Source: Owenia fusiformis (Eukaryota). From it: a stretch of 64,000 bases of DNA. Numbering within the stretch: position 1 is the first letter of the stretch; every line of letters starts with the position of its first letter. The notes under the pieces were generated by a model, which saw nothing but the letters and a program-made list of their open reading frames with translations, had not been told where the DNA came from and did no database searches. This document shows positions 51,401-64,000 of the stretch, one piece after another. The DNA is taken from positions 46,810,001 through 46,874,000 of the forward strand of contig CAIIXF020000001.1 of assembly GCA_903813345.2 (NCBI GenBank), read 5' to 3'. The position numbers were made by a program, and so were the translations under genes.

Positions 51401-54400
51401 CCTGTGACGACTTCTGAGGACGCGGCTGATGGAGCTCACACTAGGGACGTTCATCTTGTCACAAACTCCGTCTTTCAGAAGACGGTCACGTATCTCCCAG
51501 CTAAAGATACCCGGATTTTCCTTCTTGTAGTCTTCAATCTTACGCTCAACTTGCGGTGTTGCAACTCTAGGTTTGCTCCCACCGATCACCCCCGGGCGAA
51601 TGCTCCCCGTCTCTTGATATCGTTGGAGTATCTTGCTGACGCAACCGTGCGAGACCCTCAGTTGTCTGCTGATGACGCAAGGACGAACGCCCTGGGACGC
51701 CATTTCAACAATCTTGAGGCGAATGTGGTTGGGAAGAGGTCGTCCATTGATGAAGACACCACCTAGCTGATTTACCCGGCCCTGTCCTAAAACAATTTAG
51801 AAATATTTGCTACTAAAAACAATAACTAAATAATAATCTTGTTTACATACAACCTAGTAAATATATTTTTCTGTTCCATTTTGAGCATTTTCTAGTTGTA
51901 ATAATTTAAGGAAAGTAATAAACCTTGCGTTTCACTAAAATACATCTTGAGAGCTTGACAATTATGTGACCAAATAGTTTGCAAACCAAGACATTAATTT
52001 ATTTATGTGAAATAGAACAAAAAGAATAACAAGACAAGACAATTACCCAAACATCCATATAATATTACAATGGCTTCGACACCAGAACGAAATAAGTGTC
52101 AAGCATTTTAATTTCAATTTCTTATGGTTCATTTTTGTCAAAAGAAACACGCTGGAGAGTTGTCCAGAGGGAAACCAGTAAATAGCAAAGAGATTGCATT
52201 TACCAGGATGCAAGTATGTAACACTACAATAGAATTCTAAGTAACTTATACAGCAATCAATTAGCATAATCAATTAACCTGGGTAATGAATATGCTTATA
52301 CTGGGAGCAAGCGCTGACTTTCCAGTGCTTCTCCACCGTGTCAATGTTTACTTTCTGTGTTTTTGTTAATTGGATTACCCTATTCTCGATGGTCTATATT
52401 TATGTATTATATTTGTAAATTGCCCCCCCCCCTTGAACTCTAATCTGTAAAATGATGTCTTTCAGCCCGATGTTGAACTATTCAATCATTGGTAAAAATA
52501 TTTTTCTAAACTTGGAGCTAATATCACAGTTTCAAAGATGGAGTGTCCGTACATCGCTTTTCATACCTTTCTTATGTCCAACACAATCACAGTCAGTATG
52601 AAAAAATGGAAAATGTGAACAAGTTTTCAATCTGTACATATGCATATAAGAATGGAGCCCATCGCTACAATTATGCTACAGTTATGTTATAAACTTCGTC
52701 TTTCAGAAGACAGTCTCGTATCACCCAGCTAAAGATACCCGGATTTTCCTTCTTGTAGTCTTCAATCTTACGCTCAACTTGCGTAAAAACTACATTTTTG
52801 GAAATCATAATGTGCCAACAAGTTCATCAATTAGACATTTGACAGTCTTGTAAGTGCAAGAAAAACAATTAGAATACAAGTTACCTTTGATGAGCGCTTC
52901 TGTTTCAATATTCACGTAATCCATACTGTATCAGTGGTGAGATGAAACTCAATCGAATTTTTATTCTGAACTCCTCCAAAGCGAACTTGGTACTTATCTT
53001 CCTGAAACTTTTTGATCGACTGCAAGACATGAGCTTGATACGTTTATTTTGGTCAAATTACAACACGTGGTCTGTCAATGCATAATGAATTAGACAATGG
53101 GAAAATGAGCATAGCCGATCTTAGGTGGTAATTAGCAAGCCTTATCAGGATCACCATCAGGTGACCGTATAAAATGCCTATTTGTTCTTCCATTCTTCCC
53201 TTTGATGACCCTCTTAAGCTCTCTTATCCCACTAATATCCCTACTGCACGGGACACTACATAAAATTGGTCGTAAAATCCTAAAAATGACATGGTGCCTC
53301 TGAGATTACTTCAAACCATACCATGGGAATTTTTCAATCTCGTTGAACATATAATTTTAATTTTTCAGTTAAAATTAATTTGGTGTACCACAAGCATATA
53401 AAACAAAACAATAACACAGTTGATCGTGAAGCTAAGGACATTTTAGAGACCAAATATAGAATATTTCCTACACATGCATTGACCGCAATCTAGGCGAGAC
53501 GGATTTTCCCCAGATATGCCCCTTTATTTAAAAATGAAGATCAACTTGTCCATGGTCAACAAAAAGTGGAGTCACAAGGTTCCTGTAATATACGTTTGTT
53601 TTAGTATTCACCTAACCTTTTTTTGTATTTTCAAATATTTCAAAGAGGTGATCTTAAATCCATGTAACAATCCAAACCTACATAGAAATATGAAAGGTAA
53701 TGGGGGAAGGGGGGGGGGGGGGGGACGTGATTTGATACTTTTTTGATAATTGATCACAAATGTTAGGAACATGGACTTTTTGGGTAGAGTAGATACATCT
53801 AGGAAATTACAATAAATCAGAGACTTTCTAAATACAATTTATATCACACAGTTTAGGGTAATTATTAGATAAGCCTTTTCTCAATTTATTTTGAACACGA
53901 TTAACATTTATTGTGTTATCACATGTAAATATTTGGTTGGATTTCCTTCACTTCTCAGTGTCGATGTGAGTTTATTTTGCTTTATTTTTCAAATGTTACC
54001 CAATGTGCTTTTTTCATTGCACAAGGTTCTGCACAATCAAAAGCATTGAACAAATTACATAACATATTTTAGTTGCTGTAATGATATATGACACGGTGAT
54101 ACGGTGCAGTAAAAGTGTCACTAATTTGTAAATGACAGCAAATGAATTTGCATATTTTAGAAACATGTCATGAAAATTGACTGACGCAAATGCAGTACAA
54201 TTAACATTTACAATACAATACAATACAATAAAATACTATAATACATTCAGAATATTGAAAACCCCTTCAAACCATTTTATTTAAAATTATTAAGCCAACA
54301 TGCCGATTATTTGTTTAAACATTTTAAGTTGTAGTTTTGCTTCGAGGGCCTGCACCTCTCCCCCAAATTATCTGGTTATAAGGTTTCATTTTTGTAGGTA

Positions 54401-55488
54401 TCTTTTTGAGATTGGGGGGGGGGGGGTTATAATTACATAAGGGCGTTATGGAAGACTATCTGTCATTTTGCTTTGACACAACTCGATTTATTCCGTTATT
54501 TCCAGGACCAGAAAATGAGAATAACATAAAAAATAATTTATTTAAGTTCCAAAAATGAACTAATACGAAATTGTAAACCGTGATCTGAGACCGGGAGTTG
54601 TTTGTATTAAACTGAGGGATGCAGGAAAGTCCTTGAAGTTGCAGTTTTTATTCTTTAAATTAAACATTACCCAAACGTAGTTAGCAAAGCCTCATGTATG
54701 TAAAATATAGTTTACTAGTATAAAGGAAAGACACGAGTCGCAGGCTAAAGATCTAGAAAAGCATTCAAAACAAACAGCCTTGCAAAACAATTTATATTAA
54801 TAATGCAAATGTGCCCCACTTCATGATTCAAAGCATATGGAATTGTTCCATAGATATTTACTTAGTAAAGTACAAATCAAAGCACAAAAAATCCGCACTA
54901 TGCTATAAAGATAAACGAATGAAAAATTTCTGAAAAATATTCTGAAAAATATACGTAGGAATACTTTTGAAAGTTGTAATAAGAAGATGATTAGTAGTGC
55001 AAAAGGTCGCGGTTCCCCAGACCACTTCAGACTAATACATAGAGTGAAGGATATTTACCCATCCTTAGATATACGAAGATTAACTTTATATGGGCCATTA
55101 AAACAATGGAGTACCATGAGTTAACTTTAATCATACATTAAAGTAGGTTTTATGGATAATATAACATCAATTTGTCTTAATTTCTTCTCCAGTTATCATT
55201 AGTCTAGAAAATGCGAAATGTTATACAACTTAATTCTAAATCTAATTGTTCGAATTATTCAATCAAATTTCACGGCGTGTACTTGAAAATAATTACATCG
55301 TGGTTATTTCAATAAAATAACTTGTTTCAATATACTAAAATACAACATGAATATGTTAAAAATAAATTTGGTGTATTTTATTTTAATTAAGTAGATTTTA
55401 AAATAAATAAAAAACACTTACCATCCAAGTTTAGTGGAAATGGCTGAAAAAATGTAGGGAATCCCAGAGGAAAGATTCTGTTTAACAT
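45421..55488 (-). CDS. Pax3/7: Paired box protein Pax3/7, ~438 aa, 7 coding exons
   Basis: Exons 55488-55422, 51786-51301 ([30 protein letters not shown]… full paired domain + octapeptide HSIDGILR), 48855-48662 and 48150-47994 (homeodomain [10 protein letters not shown]…[16 protein letters not shown], Ser50), 47711-47608, 46134-45996, 45590-45421 (OAR-like [14 protein letters not shown]). 1317 nt in frame; the 3' exon boundaries are less certain. Confidence 0.97.
46636..47510. mobile_element. Tc1/mariner-like foldback MITE with ~250-bp TIRs in Pax3/7 intron 5
   Basis: TA|CACTCCCCTCCATAAGTTTGGCAACC … GGTTGCCAAACTTATGGAGGGGAGTG|TA. Confidence 0.85.
52254..52385. promoter_or_regulatory. Candidate intronic enhancer with a Pax3/7-type homeodomain dimer site
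   Basis: TAATCAATTA at 52267-52276, a near-copy CAATCAATTA at 52254-52263, a forkhead-type TGTTTAC and further TAAT cores nearby. Confidence 0.4.
52691..52783 (-). pseudogene. 93-bp duplicated fragment of the Pax3/7 paired box inside intron 1
   Basis: Matches 51463-51555 in the same orientation with 4 substitutions. Confidence 0.9.
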
Positions 55489-57404
55489 CCTCTTTGAAAA
55501 TTAAAAGTCTATGAATTCAATTAATTTTTAGATGAAGTTAGATTTCTTCTTGGGTGCTTGGTCTATAAAGCTTGTCTTGGACTATCGGCACAAAAGTCGA
55601 ACTCTCCGCGTGAGTCGAAGTTTTGCTAGCTATAAATCGTTGTTCATCTAAGCGGAAACATATTTACTTCTTCGCGGCTTTTGCTTTTGATATCGTCTTG
55701 TCGATTTCATTTGCCGCAAAATATCACGTGATTATAATAAACAATATTTTCAATTTCCAAATTGCCTGTGCAACGAGCGAATAAATGTTTGTCCTATTTA
55801 GTGTTTATGTAGTGTTTGATTTTAAATTGAAAAACACCGATCCGTGAGGCGGATTTAGCCCAATCCTCATGTAAGTTTGTCTAACATTAGAACCAAAGCA
55901 AAGCTAATACAGTGGAAAATAAACTAAATCCTTTAATAAATCTTAGAAAACTGCCCAGGAGCATGATAACCGTGGCGTAATAAAGAAACGTAGATGGTGA
56001 GCCACAATTTCTTGCCAATGTTACGCAAATAGTGAAAGCATAAGTACGATTAAGGATGTCTAAAAACAACAAGAGGACAAAACTCCGGCAGTCATGAAGT
56101 CTGGCGGTTAATTCGGATATAAATTGATACTGTAAAATCCAATTTTCCACAGTTTTGAATTTATTGTAAATGAATTAAGATAGATATACGAGTTTAGGGA
56201 ATTTTCATTTCAATACAAAATGTTGACATAACGTCTAAAAATATTTTCATCAAGGGTATAATGGTTTGACTTACAGCCAGAAAGAAAACGAACAAACCTA
56301 ACAATTTTTTTCTAAAAAGAAATCAAAATTAATTCATAATTCCACTTAATCACAGTTTAAACCTCTCGGGGTTTTAAAGCTCGACCCTGAAATTGCGACC
56401 ATTTTGTCGACTGAATCCAAAGACTAACAAATCTGTGTGGTTTATTCAAATTTATTCAATCTCCTCCCTTAGCGAATTCACAATCAAAACGGAACCTATA
56501 ATTTTGGGTAATTCGGTAAGGAAAACATTTATGAAGTCCTTTATAGGTATCTGACTTCATCAACTTGGCGTGGCCAGGGATATAATGAACCTAAACATTG
56601 CATTTTCACACTTAATTTAATTTTTAATTTCAATCTTACCAGGGTATCTACTCCCTGGGTAGAGAATCAAGTTTTTCGAGCGACGCCCCCGAAACTTGAC
56701 GCCACGGGACCGACACTGGTCAGTTCATCCATTTGTATTGAAATTAACCCCAGAAAGTGAATACACGATCAAAGCCCTGCTTAGAAAAGCACACCTTCGT
56801 TTTTGAATAGCGCAAACGTTTCATTTGTTGATTTTGTTTAGGGATATCATTGTTAGCCTTCCTATGAATCCTTTGTGGGTGTTAATTGAGGTTTGGGTAT
56901 CAAAAGAACAATAGGTTTTTATGCTACTTTCCTTTATTGAATTAAAGCAGACAATTGAAAACAAAGTATCTTTAGATCACTCAGAGTGGTGAAAAAGGAT
57001 TCGTGTGCCGTGAATCAATTAACGGTCACAGTGATTAAACACATCAGGGCTATAGACCAAATTTTACTCATTTCTTTTTTACCAGATTTTGTAACGAACC
57101 AAGGGGCTAGTGGATTGCTGATCTAACCTTAATAAGAAATGTTTATTGTAATGTCTAATCATTTCAAATATTGAAAAATAACTTATTTAAAAATAATTTA
57201 TTTATTTTTGTTTTGCAATCGTTGCGTTTGTTCATCCTCTAACTACCCTGCGTACGATTTACACACTAATGTAATCATTATCTCAGCTGACGGGTTCGAT
57301 ACTTTGTGTACAGTATATCGAATGCACACTAAATATCAAACAGCCTCACCGTTATGCTTCCTTGTGTAGTGAGGAGGAGACTATTCCCGATCATGGGGCA
57401 CGAT

Positions 57405-57977
57405 CCCGGGGGGTTCACTGTATATAAACCTTGAAGGGGATCCTCGGCGCACATGGGGTACTTTTTTTGAAATTTGGTATGGCAATGGACCCACATTTTA
57501 GGATGTGGTATGTGAATGCCCTCTCATTATGACTTTTGAGGGATGGAAATGGTCAGAATTTTCAACTTTCTGGTATGAGAGAATGGTCATGGAAAGTATG
57601 TTATCTCACAATTATGGTATGGAATTGGTCTAGTATCTAGTAATATTGGCCTCATATCCTAATATGAGGTTGTTTTGGTTCGTTTTCCTCAAATATCGCC
57701 TTTTTCTTGGGACCTTCTTCAGTTTAAATAAATAGCTTTTTTCCCAGGAAATATTCTACTTTGGACCAGTCATGGCATTGGTATGGCATTGGTCCTATAT
57801 TTTGACATTTGATATGGCACTGGTTTCATATTTGGGCATTTGGTATGGCTTTTGGGCACTATTTCGGTTGGTATGGGAACACATCCAAATTTGACATTTT
57901 AGTATGGGAATATATTGATATCTGAGGGCTCAGCCTAGGACCCCCGCCAAATTTTGTACACAGTGAACCCCCATGGG
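57405..57977. mobile_element. hAT-like MITE with an 8-bp TSD and internal TGGTATG subrepeats
   Basis: GGCACGAT|CCCGGGGGGTTCACTGT … ACAGTGAACCCCCATGGG|GGCACGAT. Confidence 0.75.
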
Positions 57978-58001
57978 GGCACGATTGATGTAGGTTGATA
58001 G

Positions 58002-58267
58002 TGCCCTGCGCGCAGAGTCTAGTTATAAAAGACGAAGCTCTCTTTTAAGAAGCGAATGCAAAGGGTAGGTTGATAGCTACCCTGCGTGCAGAGTCTAGTT
58101 TAACTACAAGACGAAGCTCTCTTTTAAGAAGTGAAGTTAAACGAATGCAAAGGGTAGTTGATAGCCATATTAGCTTATTATTCAAGCTCCTTAATCTACC
58201 TACCCTTTGCATTTGTTCGACTTCACTTCTTAAAGAGAGTTTATAACTAGACTCTGCACGCAGGGTA
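58002..58267. mobile_element. Cluster of three ~70-80-bp Mutator-like MITEs
   Basis: TSDs GGTTGATAG (57993/58068), GTTGATAGC (58069/58157) and TAATCTACC (58192/58268). Confidence 0.85.
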
Positions 58268-60344
58268 TAATCTACCTATAACTAGTTAGTATAGGTAAAA
58301 ATTACAGCAACTTGAACATGCATGTTGATCTAGAAACCTGACTGATATACGAACATAATTATTGACGTATGTTATGAATCCCAGTGACAGTTAAATCCTG
58401 CACAACCACCTCACCACCTCACGTTGTGAATTATACACACGGGTTTTCATGTTTTCAGGATCACTGCTAAAGCTGAAGAATTCATCAAATCGGAATTGAC
58501 GTTCAAATCAATTAAATCGTTGAATTTTGATTTGTCCAGCTCCCGTGGTGACATCTTAATTAGTCGATGTATTTGCTATAATACTTGCAATCTGTCACTT
58601 GAAGAATAAAAACATGCATGCATATAGAGAAACTAAATTGTCAAGGATCAAAATATATGATATATTTAAATTTACACTTTGTCTTGACTCTAAATTACTA
58701 CGCGGCTCTGCGTATATGTAGCTACGCCCATTTTGCAGTTTGACATATATTTGTAAGCCCCAATTTTTCGGGACCAAACTTAGGGGTCCAAACTTAACGT
58801 CCGCCAGTGAGACAGTGCAAGGCTAGGTTTTGCACTTAAAACACATACTCAGTAAAAACGAACTCTCATTCTATAAAAAGAAATTGGCAATATCACATCA
58901 AAATCCTCCATTCATTTGTCACCAAATGTTACTTTCTACCTCGAAATGAAAGAAAAATCCTTCAAAAAGGCGTATGTAAGAAGAAATAATCTTGATTTAC
59001 GTCATTCGAGAATTAGACAATTCAATCAAAATGGTATAATTGAAATTTATATGTAAAATTATACCTAGAAATGTGGTTTTAAAAAATGTTTGTCAACTTT
59101 AAAAATTTAATTTCCATGAAAACGGGCCACTAAAACTGATGAATATTCAAGTTTAGGGAAACTTTCTAATACCCTGCCACGTTATTTGCCCCGAATTAGC
59201 CATCTGGTGGTGAAACTGGTAACTACCTACTCGCATTTGGGTTACTGTCCCGTTTTCAGACATCAAGAGATACGTACAGAGTTGTTAATATAATAGTGTA
59301 TGAGACTCAAACAACAAGACCAAAGCTACTCCTGAAGTCATCTTATCAACAAGAAAAAAAACTGTACTCAGAGGATAGTATGGGACTCTGCCAGCCTCTT
59401 GTTTTCAGGGTAGTCCCGTTACTTGCATTGACTGAGTGAGAGAGCCTCTTATCCTTCTCTACACACCACCTCCACTGGTTAAGTGGATAGGAAGAAGCCA
59501 CTCTGCTAGATCTTGTCAGCCGCCCTGGCAAAATGTGCCATACACATTCCAAATTGCGACATCTATATGAATAAAGAGAAAAACTCCATGTCATGTACGT
59601 TTTTACTTTAGTCATAGATGTCGTCTTTGCTCATACCTTTTATTCAAAGACAAGCAATCCTGCAATAGAGTCAATTGTCAATTTTCAATGCATATGGATA
59701 AATAGATGACAGCATGTGTGTCGGTAGGGATCGTAGATACCAGCATTTAGCCATTTACTGACAAAAGTCAATTTCTTGGATACTTACAAATCGATTATGT
59801 AAAACGGCTCCCATTTGGTATACAATTAGATGATCTTGTTGACATACCGATTGTGGATTAATCCTAAAATTCTAATTCTTAAAAGAATCAATTTTTAAAA
59901 ATTTCTTTAAACATCGGTCAATGGGATTTAGTCTGACTTTTTCAGAAAAAATCCTCGGAAATTGAACAAAATGAAATAACTGTACGTGTAAATTAAAGTT
60001 CTTCTGGAAAACAATCACGCATGAAACTCAAATATGTCATACTTTAACATCGAACAAAGTGTAAGTCCTTCGTGGTTAAATATGCAAATCTTAAAATCCC
60101 ATTAAAATGAGATTTCAGCGAGATTTCGAAGCTGTATAGCAAATGGTTAATTGAATGTTGAGTTGGAACGTCTTTTTCATTAAACATTAATGTTATATCC
60201 GCATCACCTTCATTGTACACTGTATACATGTATCTCCTTTTCAGAAAGGACAACAAAGATATACATACATGTAACATGGGTAAGGGGAGGGGGGAGGGGG
60301 GGGGGCGATTGCTCTGACATTTTAAAATCGGCAATGGAAATCAA

Positions 60345-61215
60345 TGGTACTGTTTGGAAGGTTGTTCAAGAATTTACTACCCTGCTTGCAGAGTCTAGTT
60401 AAACTGAAGACGAAGCTCTCTTTTAAGAAGTGAACTCAAACGAATGCAAAGGGTAAGAATTTACCTTCTTCCATGGCGGGTATAGTAAAAAGTTCCCTTT
60501 AACTTGAATTACACGAGATTCCGTTTTAGTGGTTCAATTTCCATATAACCCTAAATGTATCTATAGTTATGCAAATTGAAATATTTCCACTAAAAGAGAA
60601 TATTATCTATCCAATGCACTTTTGTGATTTTGTAACATGGGGTCTATGGGGAATCAACCTGAACTAGAAGTCACATTTTCAAAAAAAAATAATTTTCAAA
60701 GTTGATTAACAATTTTCGAAACCATATTTCTAGATGTACTTTTACGTGTAGATTTCATGAAATGGCATGAACTTTACACATGGTACTGTTTGGAAGGTTG
60801 TTCAAGAATTTACTACCCTGCTTGCAGAGTCTAGTTAAACTGAAGACGAAGCTCTCTTTTAAGAAGTGAAGTCAAACGAATGCAAAGGGTAAGAATTTAC
60901 CTTCTTCCATGGCGGGTATAGTAAAAAGTTCCCTTTAACTTGAATTACACGAGATTCCGATTTAGTGGTTCAATTTCCATATAACCCTAAATGTATCTAT
61001 AGTTATGCAAATTGAAATATTTCCACTAAAAGAGAATATTATCTATCCAATGCACTTTTGTGATTTTGTAACATGGGGTCTATGGGGAATCAACCTGAAC
61101 TAGAAGTCACATTTTCAAAAAAATTAATTTTCAAAGTTGATTAACAATTTTCGAAACCATATTTCTAGATGTACTTTTACGTGTAGATTTCATGAAATGG
61201 CATGAACTTTACACA
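60345..61215. repeat. Near-perfect 436-bp tandem duplication; each unit contains one MITE copy
   Basis: 60345-60780 is repeated at 60781-61215 with only a few differences. Confidence 0.9.
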
Positions 61216-62994
61216 TATATACTTAGCAGTTATGTCCCTATCATTGAATATATGCCTGAGGTCTGTCACCAATATAGCCCGAGCTTGCGAGGGTTATATT
61301 ACGACAGACCGAAGGCATATATTCAATGATACGGACATAACTGTTGTATTACATACTTTTATATCATGGCTACGTTATATCAATGACGCCACGTGTCTGT
61401 ATGCGAGTGAAATTAGGAAGAAATGAAACATGACATCCCGATGACGTCATAAGATTGTCATGGTAAAAGGTTTGGCGGCTATACAGGAATATATAGCCGA
61501 CCTTCAGGTCCATTGACTTCAATACAAATGCTTCGCTGGGTATGTAATACAAGCAAATAAAGGGGGAGGGAGGGGCAGAGTCAGACCACGCAAGACTACT
61601 TTTGAAAGTAAATAGCTGATGTTTTTACTTTAACGTTTTAGAAATATTTCCAGCATTTATGCTGAAAGATGGCACTAATTAAAGGTGAACGCAGATCCAC
61701 TTCTGTCATTGAATTCATTTGTCACTGTAAGTGACACGCTACACGTGCAAACAATACTAAAGTAGCGGTACTTAAAATTGTCATATCTGCATATAAGACT
61801 GGTCAACATCGGGGTCTACATATAGACTTTGGTGTTTGTTTGAAATACGTTCACCTCATCAAACTACACATACATATAGAGCTGAGTGGACAAAGACGTC
61901 ATCAAAAGTTACAAAACTGGAATTTTATTGGAACGTATTCTTCTGATTGCAATTGTATATTTTGATGTAAGTATAAATTTTATAAATAGCTCAGCTGTGA
62001 ACGGGTCATTGGGATCTGCAACATACTGTAGGATGAACATGTCTTAGTGTCCTTTAGATTTAAATATATTTACTGAAATGAAAGCAAAAACTGTTTTATT
62101 TACTATAATTTTGATATACTAATCGGCATGCTGACATTAAAAAGTAAAGCAGAAAAAGTCATGTATATATGTAGATTTGTACATCTGCTTTGCTTAATTA
62201 TTTGATCGCAGACGATAAAGTATTATTTCAACGCCCGTAGTGCGACTTATTTGAGGTGAAACTGACTTTTCTCTGCTCAATTCAGTTAAAACAATCACAT
62301 GATTTTAAAGATTTGATTAACATACAATAGTACACGAAAATACAAGTTAAATTGTCTGTTACCAGCGGTCACGTCAGATTACAAAAGTAAAGAAATGACA
62401 TAAGCGATTTGTCACATGATTTAACGATCACCCCCTAAGCCAATTGTACAAAATATTTCTTCAGGTCAGAATTCATAGACTTACAGATCCTTAATTAGCA
62501 CGTACATTACATTCAGAATCTGGCAATCAGAAACTTGGTAATCCCTTGAATTAAAACAATCTGTTGATTAAGACTACTCAAGAAGAGGAGTTGATAGAGA
62601 CAAATATTAAAACAACGGTACATACTGTATATTTAGGAGGCCGGACAGCTAGGTTGGGACCGCACTAACTTTTCACATCTATATTTTAATACTATACATT
62701 GGGGAGGGCTAAGAACGGCAAAGTTGTAAGAATATTGTTTGTTGAATTATTAATATGTAATGGATTCATTTAACACTGGTATATGTGCATTTCTCAATAT
62801 GATGATTTTCTTAACATTGACATGCTTTGGGAAGTGATCCCAAAGTAACATCCGGCTGCCAAACTTACGAGATGTCATAAAATAAATTTTAATGTTATCC
62901 CAGAATACATGCAACAAATAGAAACGATATTTTTAGAACCTGCAACTATTACATTTTCATATGTGTATTGCTTTCAGACAAGGTGAATCAAAAG

Positions 62995-63086
62995 ATGTCG
63001 TCTTACTATGGTGAAAAAGGGGGAGGTCCATATGAAAATGGACGTAGTAGTACCATGGGAAGTAAAGCCGAGATCATGGAATCTGA
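62995..63086 (+). CDS. Probable first coding exon of a gene continuing beyond the window
   Basis: ctttcag acceptor before 62978, ATG at 62995, MSSYYGEKGGGPYENGRSSTMGSKAEIMES, then a gtaagt donor; no family recognised. Confidence 0.45.
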
Positions 63087-64000
63087 GTAAGTATAGACAA
63101 TGGCGTACAATCTAACACCACAACGCTAAAGTATTGGTTCAAAAATGATGATCGTTGGTTATTAGGGAAGCATTGTGTCGGCAATTCATCTTTTACATGG
63201 ATATAACGAAGTTTTTCAATTGTGACATTTTAAAGTGACTAAGTTTCCCAATTTAGTAAAACGAGTATCACAAAACAATACAATACAAACTCGTCTTATA
63301 AATTTATAGCACCGTGGTAATAAAATAAATAATTTTTTAGTAATAACAGATACCCAGTTGTAGGCCAACATCTCCCGTCCTTCCGTATGTGAGAGTGAAA
63401 AATTAAGAATAAAATTGTTATTCCATTCTGAGATGTCACGGGTACTAGATTTAGTTACACCAGTTTAAATGTTACTTAACATAGCACGGAGAGTATCAAT
63501 ATAGTAATAAATGGATATTCAAATAATACATATAATATAATCTTTAACTACTTAGCTTTGGTGATAAAGTTCATTTAAACAATGTCTTCCAATTATCACA
63601 TATCACTTGCACTGAAGTGCTGACTTGATTTAAATGTGGAATTTGTAAGTGATCTCAATCACATGTACACTGTAAACATGCACGTTGAAATTAGGATTAA
63701 AATATAAATACCTAACAGTACTTATTAACAATTTTATTAACAATATGTAGTCTGTATATATGTAAATGAGGTTATATGACTGTATGTTACAATCCCCCTA
63801 ATTTGTCAAAGATGCCTCGTACACATAGTGATCTAGAAAGTAGGAGGCGTGTTAACGTATGCCCGACTTAAATATATATGTAAGATGTATCCTAGTTATT
63901 ATTTTTCCTCAATGGCAGTTACAATGTTTGTTTACCATGTCGACATTAGCAGCGTGGTGTAAATGCCGTCCTGTCATCATGAACAGCTTCATGAATTTTT

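Noticed and set aside
59346..59615. GC-richer patch with an 89-aa ORF, possibly a SINE or ncRNA
   Set aside because: No A/B boxes, TSD, tail or second copy recognised.
1..64000. CRISPR arrays, tRNA/rRNA genes, prokaryotic operons
   Set aside because: None seen; the window is spliceosomal-intron-containing animal DNA.

Overview
AT-rich, intron-rich animal genomic DNA, probably a marine invertebrate; the domain content suggests a lophotrochozoan, but that is inference. Gene models were built by hand from GT-AG boundaries and exon phases. (1) The 3' end of a class III (guanylate-type) cyclase gene whose catalytic motif is degenerate. (2) A 17-exon, ~1380-aa secreted mosaic trypsin-family protease: signal peptide, seven one-exon ~105-aa Cys-containing cadherin/CSPG/Big_9-like repeats, 2 Lustrin/WR1-like modules, pacifastin/VWC-like modules, TSP1-like, S1A protease, TSP1. 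One of its introns carries an ORF1-only LINE-like element. (3) A minus-strand PAN-CTL-PAN-mucin-PAN gene. (4) A two-sushi type I membrane protein with a C-terminal NPxY. (5) A complete 7-exon Pax3/7 gene, with a decaying paired-box fragment and a TAATCAATTA site in intron 1 and a miR-1/206 8-mer downstream of the stop. (6) A probable first coding exon of a further gene near the end of the window. Many non-autonomous DNA transposons/MITEs with visible TIRs and TSDs are present. The most novel-looking feature is the modular protease and its tandem repeat domain. No database searches were possible, so all family assignments rest on motif recognition.
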